In this document: positions 59,447 to 64,000 of the stretch, in pieces
Layout of the letters: each line of letters starts with the position of its first letter
How positions within the stretch are numbered: the stretch's first letter is position 1
Assembly: GCA_033762915.1 (NCBI GenBank)
Contig: JANRLD010000081.1
Location: 31,141-95,140 of the forward strand
DNA: 64,000 bases
Origin: Meiothermus sp.
GTDB taxonomy: Bacteria; Deinococcota; Deinococci; Deinococcales; Thermaceae
Reading direction: 5' to 3'
Program-made: the position numbers and the translations under genes
Notes under the pieces: generated by a model
Database searches by the model: none
The model's input: only the letters and a program-made list of their open reading frames with translations
Told to the model about the DNA's origin: nothing

Positions 59447-60684
59447 GCGCGGAAGCATACCTCGCCGCCCTTCATCACCAGCCTCAGGTGCTTGTCTGGC
59501 CGGGTGAGCACCGTGATGTCGTCGAGCGGGTTGCCCTCCACCGCGATCAGGTCGGCGTGGGCCTCGGGCGCGACGACGCCCAGCCTGCCCTCCTGCCGCA
59601 GGAGCTGCGCGGCGTAGAGGGTGGCGGCGCGGATCACCTCGAGGTTGGGCTGCACCTGGGCGCGGATGGCGAACTCCTCGAGCTGGTGGCGGTGCATCTC
59701 GCCCAGCAGGTCGGTGCCGTAGGCCAGCTTCACTCCCGCCTTATGGGCCATCTCGAGCGCCCCCAGACCTTTGTCGAGCACCAGGTAAATCTTCTCCTCC
59801 AGGGCCTTGGGCAGGCCCGCCGAGACCCCCTCTTTGGCGAGGGCCTGATAGGTCACCAGCGTGGGCACCATCCAGGCGTCGTGCTTTAAAAACAGCTCGA
59901 CGCTGCTGTGGTCGATCAGGTTGCAGTGCTCGAGGCTGCGCACCCCGCACTCGATGGCCCGGTTGACGGTGCGGGCAGTGTAGGTGTGGGCCATCACGTA
60001 GAGGTCGGCCATCTCGGCCTCCTCCACGGCGGCCCGGATCTCCTCGAGGCTGTACTGGTCGTTGGTCAGCCGGTCGGTGGGGGAGGCCACCCCGCCACCC
60101 AGCATCAGCTTGATGTGATCGGCCCCGCGGCGCACCTCCTCCCGGACGGCGCGGCGCACCTCGGGCACCCCGTCAGCAATGACCCCAAAGCCCACCGGGC
60201 CACTCACCGTCTCCACCACGCTCTCCCCCGCCCCCCTCGAGTCGCCGTGCCCGCCGGTCTGGCTCAGCGCCCGCCCGCAGATGAACAGGCGCGGCCCCAC
60301 CATCCGACCCTCGTTCACCGCCCGCTGCATCCCGATGTCGGCCCCCGCTGCGTCGCGCAGGGTGGTGAAGCCGCGCAGCAGCATCTCCCGCATGATCTGG
60401 GCGGCCCGTAGGGCGTTGTAGTGCGGCGAGGTGTTGACCAGTTCGCGGATGTTGGCCGTCCAGGCCATCACGTGCACGTGGGCGTCGATCAGCCCCGGCA
60501 TCAGGGTCTGGCCGCCCAGGTCGAGCGTCTCGACGCCCTGAGCCCTGGCCTCGGGCGCCTCGGCGCTCATTGGCTGAACCCGCTTGATCCTGCCGTCCTC
60601 GAGCACCACACACTGCTGAGGGGTAATCTGGCCGCTTTGGACGTCCAACACGCTGGCGTTGTTGAGCAGGGTGAGTTTTGGCAT
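59443..60684 (-). CDS. Metal-dependent amidohydrolase (Xaa-Pro dipeptidase-like)
   Basis: MPGLIDAHVH, GFTTLRDAAG, GADHIK, SLEH and YGTD. Confidence 0.92.
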   Translation of the reverse strand: MPKLTLLNNASVLDVQSGQITPQQCVVLEDGRIKRVQPMSAEAPEARAQGVETLDLGGQTLMPGLIDAHVHVMAWTANIRELVNTSPHYNALRAAQIMREMLLRGFTTLRDAAGADIGMQRAVNEGRMVGPRLFICGRALSQTGGHGDSRGAGESVVETVSGPVGFGVIADGVPEVRRAVREEVRRGADHIKLMLGGGVASPTDRLTNDQYSLEEIRAAVEEAEMADLYVMAHTYTARTVNRAIECGVRSLEHCNLIDHSSVELFLKHDAWMVPTLVTYQALAKEGVSAGLPKALEEKIYLVLDKGLGALEMAHKAGVKLAYGTDLLGEMHRHQLEEFAIRAQVQPNLEVIRAATLYAAQLLRQEGRLGVVAPEAHADLIAVEGNPLDDITVLTRPDKHLRLVMKGGEVCFRA

Positions 60685-60692
60685 GAGTGAGT

Positions 60693-61097
60693 TTATCTCG
60701 AGCCGCCCTCAAGCACCGCCAGGGTGATGCTGGCCTTGGAAACCAGCTTTTCGGCAAAGACCTCTGACTCGACCACAGTGATGCTTCGGCCCGCCTTGAG
60801 CACCTGGGCGCGGCAGCGCAGCCGCTCGCCGGTCGCTGGACGAAGCAGGTTGATCTTGAACTCCACAGTCAGCACGTACTGCCCCGGCAGCACCAGCGTG
60901 GAGGCCGCGCAGCCCCCGGTGTGGTCGGCCATGGCGGCCTGAACGCCCGCATGGACAAAGCCTTCCTGCTGCTGGTGGTGCGGCTGAAGGATGATCTGGG
61001 TCTCGCACCAGCCCTCGCCCGCATCAAGCAGCTCGAGGCCAATGTGCTTGCCAAAAAGGGCGGTGTTGAAGACGCGCTCGAGTTCTCGACGGTTCAT
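60693..61097 (-). CDS. PaaI family thioesterase
   Basis: GFVHAGVQAAMAD and TVEFKINLLRPA. Confidence 0.9.
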   Translation of the reverse strand: MNRRELERVFNTALFGKHIGLELLDAGEGWCETQIILQPHHQQQEGFVHAGVQAAMADHTGGCAASTLVLPGQYVLTVEFKINLLRPATGERLRCRAQVLKAGRSITVVESEVFAEKLVSKASITLAVLEGGSR

Positions 61098-61355
61098 AGG
61101 TTGTGGAGTGCGCTCGAGCGAGAGGTCTCGAGGCCAGAAGTGCGGTGCGTAAAACGAACCCTACAGGGCTTCCCTGTTACAGCGAGTTCCGCTTCTCTTC
61201 GTCCACGAAGACGCGGCACAGCTTGTTCTGCTCGAGCGAAAGCTTAGAAGCTGCTTGAATACCCACCATCATTCCAGCGCAGTCGAGTGCCTTCACTTCT
61301 TGAGCGAATGCAGCAAGCTTATATCTGCGCCGAAAGGCATGGTAGCCATTCTGAA

Positions 61356-63011
<1,656 letters not shown>

Positions 63012-63263
63012 GCCCCTGATTCTATAACGTTTTTCGTGCAGCAGAGTGTCATTCCGTGGGATTTTGGCTCGATCTGAAAGGGCGGAACCGGCCCCGCCAG
63101 GCCACACCCCCTGATGGGGGAAGCGTTACGTAATCGTGGGCTGGTTTCGGTGGCCCAAACACAGTTGATAAATGTGATCAGCACACATCTCAAGACTAAT
63201 TTGGGGCGCACCGCCGCCATGCTCGAGCCACGTTTACCCTCGGCAATCGGGCAACAACTGACG

Positions 63264-63292
63264 TTGAAAAACAGAGTGGTGATATGTAATCT
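63264..63292 (+). promoter_or_regulatory. Promoter of the riboswitch/pilin operon
   Basis: TTGAAA-N17-TAATCT immediately before the aptamer. Confidence 0.7.
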
Positions 63293-63299
63293 AAACACT

Positions 63300-63378
63300 G
63301 TTAGAGCGGCGATGATGCTTCACACCCCAATGCGGGCGTCAAGGGGGGAAGCGGAGCCAGTGACGCGACCGGCTCGAG
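63300..63378 (+). ncRNA. c-di-GMP-II riboswitch
   Basis: GAGC/GCTC P1, GGCGATGATG, loop GGGCGTC able to pseudoknot with GACGC, and GGAGCCAGT-GACGC-GACCG matching the class II 3' pattern. Confidence 0.78.
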
Positions 63379-63400
63379 GCAACCCTTAACTCAATCTAAG

Positions 63401-63441
63401 GCGACCTCTGAGCAAAAACTCGAAGGGGGTCGTTTTGTTTT
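63401..63441 (+). terminator. Riboswitch expression-platform terminator
   Basis: GCGACCTCT / GGGGGTCGT stem followed by TTTGTTTT. Confidence 0.6.
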
Positions 63442-63491
63442 CGTTCTACTCTCTCCCCAAAATTAGACCACGCGCCCGATCCTGGTGGGGT

Positions 63492-63965
63492 ATGGCGGCG
63501 GTCGGCCTGTCCATCGTCGAACTCCTGGGGGTGGTGGCCATCCTGGCCATCCTGCTCACCATGGGGGCGGGCTTCCTGCGCACCGACCGCACCTCCGTCA
63601 GCCAGGCCGCCCAAGGGCTGTCGTCCCAGATCCAGCGGGCCAGGCTCGAGGCCATCCGGCGCAACACCTTCGCCGGGGTCTGCTTCAGCAACACCGGCAG
63701 CGGCAGCTATAGCCTCCGCACGGCCAGCCTGGCCACGGGGGTCTGCCCCAGCGGAACCCTCATCACGGAGATCCGCATGGGCCAAGACACCTTAGGGCAG
63801 GTTCGCCTTAGCAACGAGGGCGGCAGCGGGTTTAGCGGCATTGTGTTCAACTCGCGCGGCATGGTCAGCGGGGTCGCGACCACCACCGTCACCCTGCGCA
63901 ACGCCGCCAACAACTTTTCCAAACAGGTGGTGGTCAATCCTCAAGGGAGGGCCAGCGTACAATGA
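63492..63965 (+). CDS. FimT/GspH-like minor pilin
   Basis: Prepilin G|LSIVELL, ARLEAIRRN, IVFNSRG and VVVNPQGR. Confidence 0.88.
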   Translation: MAAVGLSIVELLGVVAILAILLTMGAGFLRTDRTSVSQAAQGLSSQIQRARLEAIRRNTFAGVCFSNTGSGSYSLRTASLATGVCPSGTLITEIRMGQDTLGQVRLSNEGGSGFSGIVFNSRGMVSGVATTTVTLRNAANNFSKQVVVNPQGRASVQ

Positions 63966-64000
63966 AGTCTCAAGGTATCACCCTGGTCGAGTTAATGATC
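63962..64000 (+). CDS. Type IV prepilin (5' fragment)
   Basis: MKSQG|ITLVELMI with ATGA coupling; truncated by the window edge. Confidence 0.8.
   Translation, partial: MKSQGITLVELMI

Noticed and set aside
63172..63188. CRP site ATGTGATCAGCACACAT
   Set aside because: Spacing is one base short of TGTGA-N6-TCACA; insufficient support.

Overview
High-GC (roughly 68-70% by eye) chromosomal segment, most likely from a Thermaceae bacterium (Meiothermus/Calidithermus-like). This is inferred from the Thermus-type LysY, AlaRS, ClpX and HU sequences, many leaderless genes and very dense CTCGAG sites. Most of the window is housekeeping and accessory metabolism: a G8-domain lipoprotein, a YtrA/GntR-led ABC/TolC export operon, a GS-like ligase with an APC permease, alaS, ABC transporters, a PilT/PilU ATPase, clpPX, PNP, yggS, plsC, hup, lysY, a ClpC-like ATPase, a PAS histidine kinase, a B12-dependent acyl-CoA mutase and the start of a minor-pilin operon. 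The main feature is a ~7.5-kb element integrated in tRNA-Asn(GTT), bounded by a 37-bp att duplication (49182-49218 / 56713-56749). It has phage-satellite-like organisation (integrase, Cro/CI HTH, two Xis/AlpA-like HTHs, a Rep-like protein, a TerS-like protein). It has no recognisable capsid or portal gene, yet carries a lone T4 gp19-like tail-tube gene. Other notable items are a stand-alone EF-G domain IV-like protein, an attenuator-like alaS leader, a low-GC in-frame insertion in alaS, a c-di-GMP-II riboswitch before the pilin operon, modular palindromic intergenic repeats and single-base frameshifts in G runs. All assignments come from reading the sequence and recognising motifs by eye; no database searches were run.
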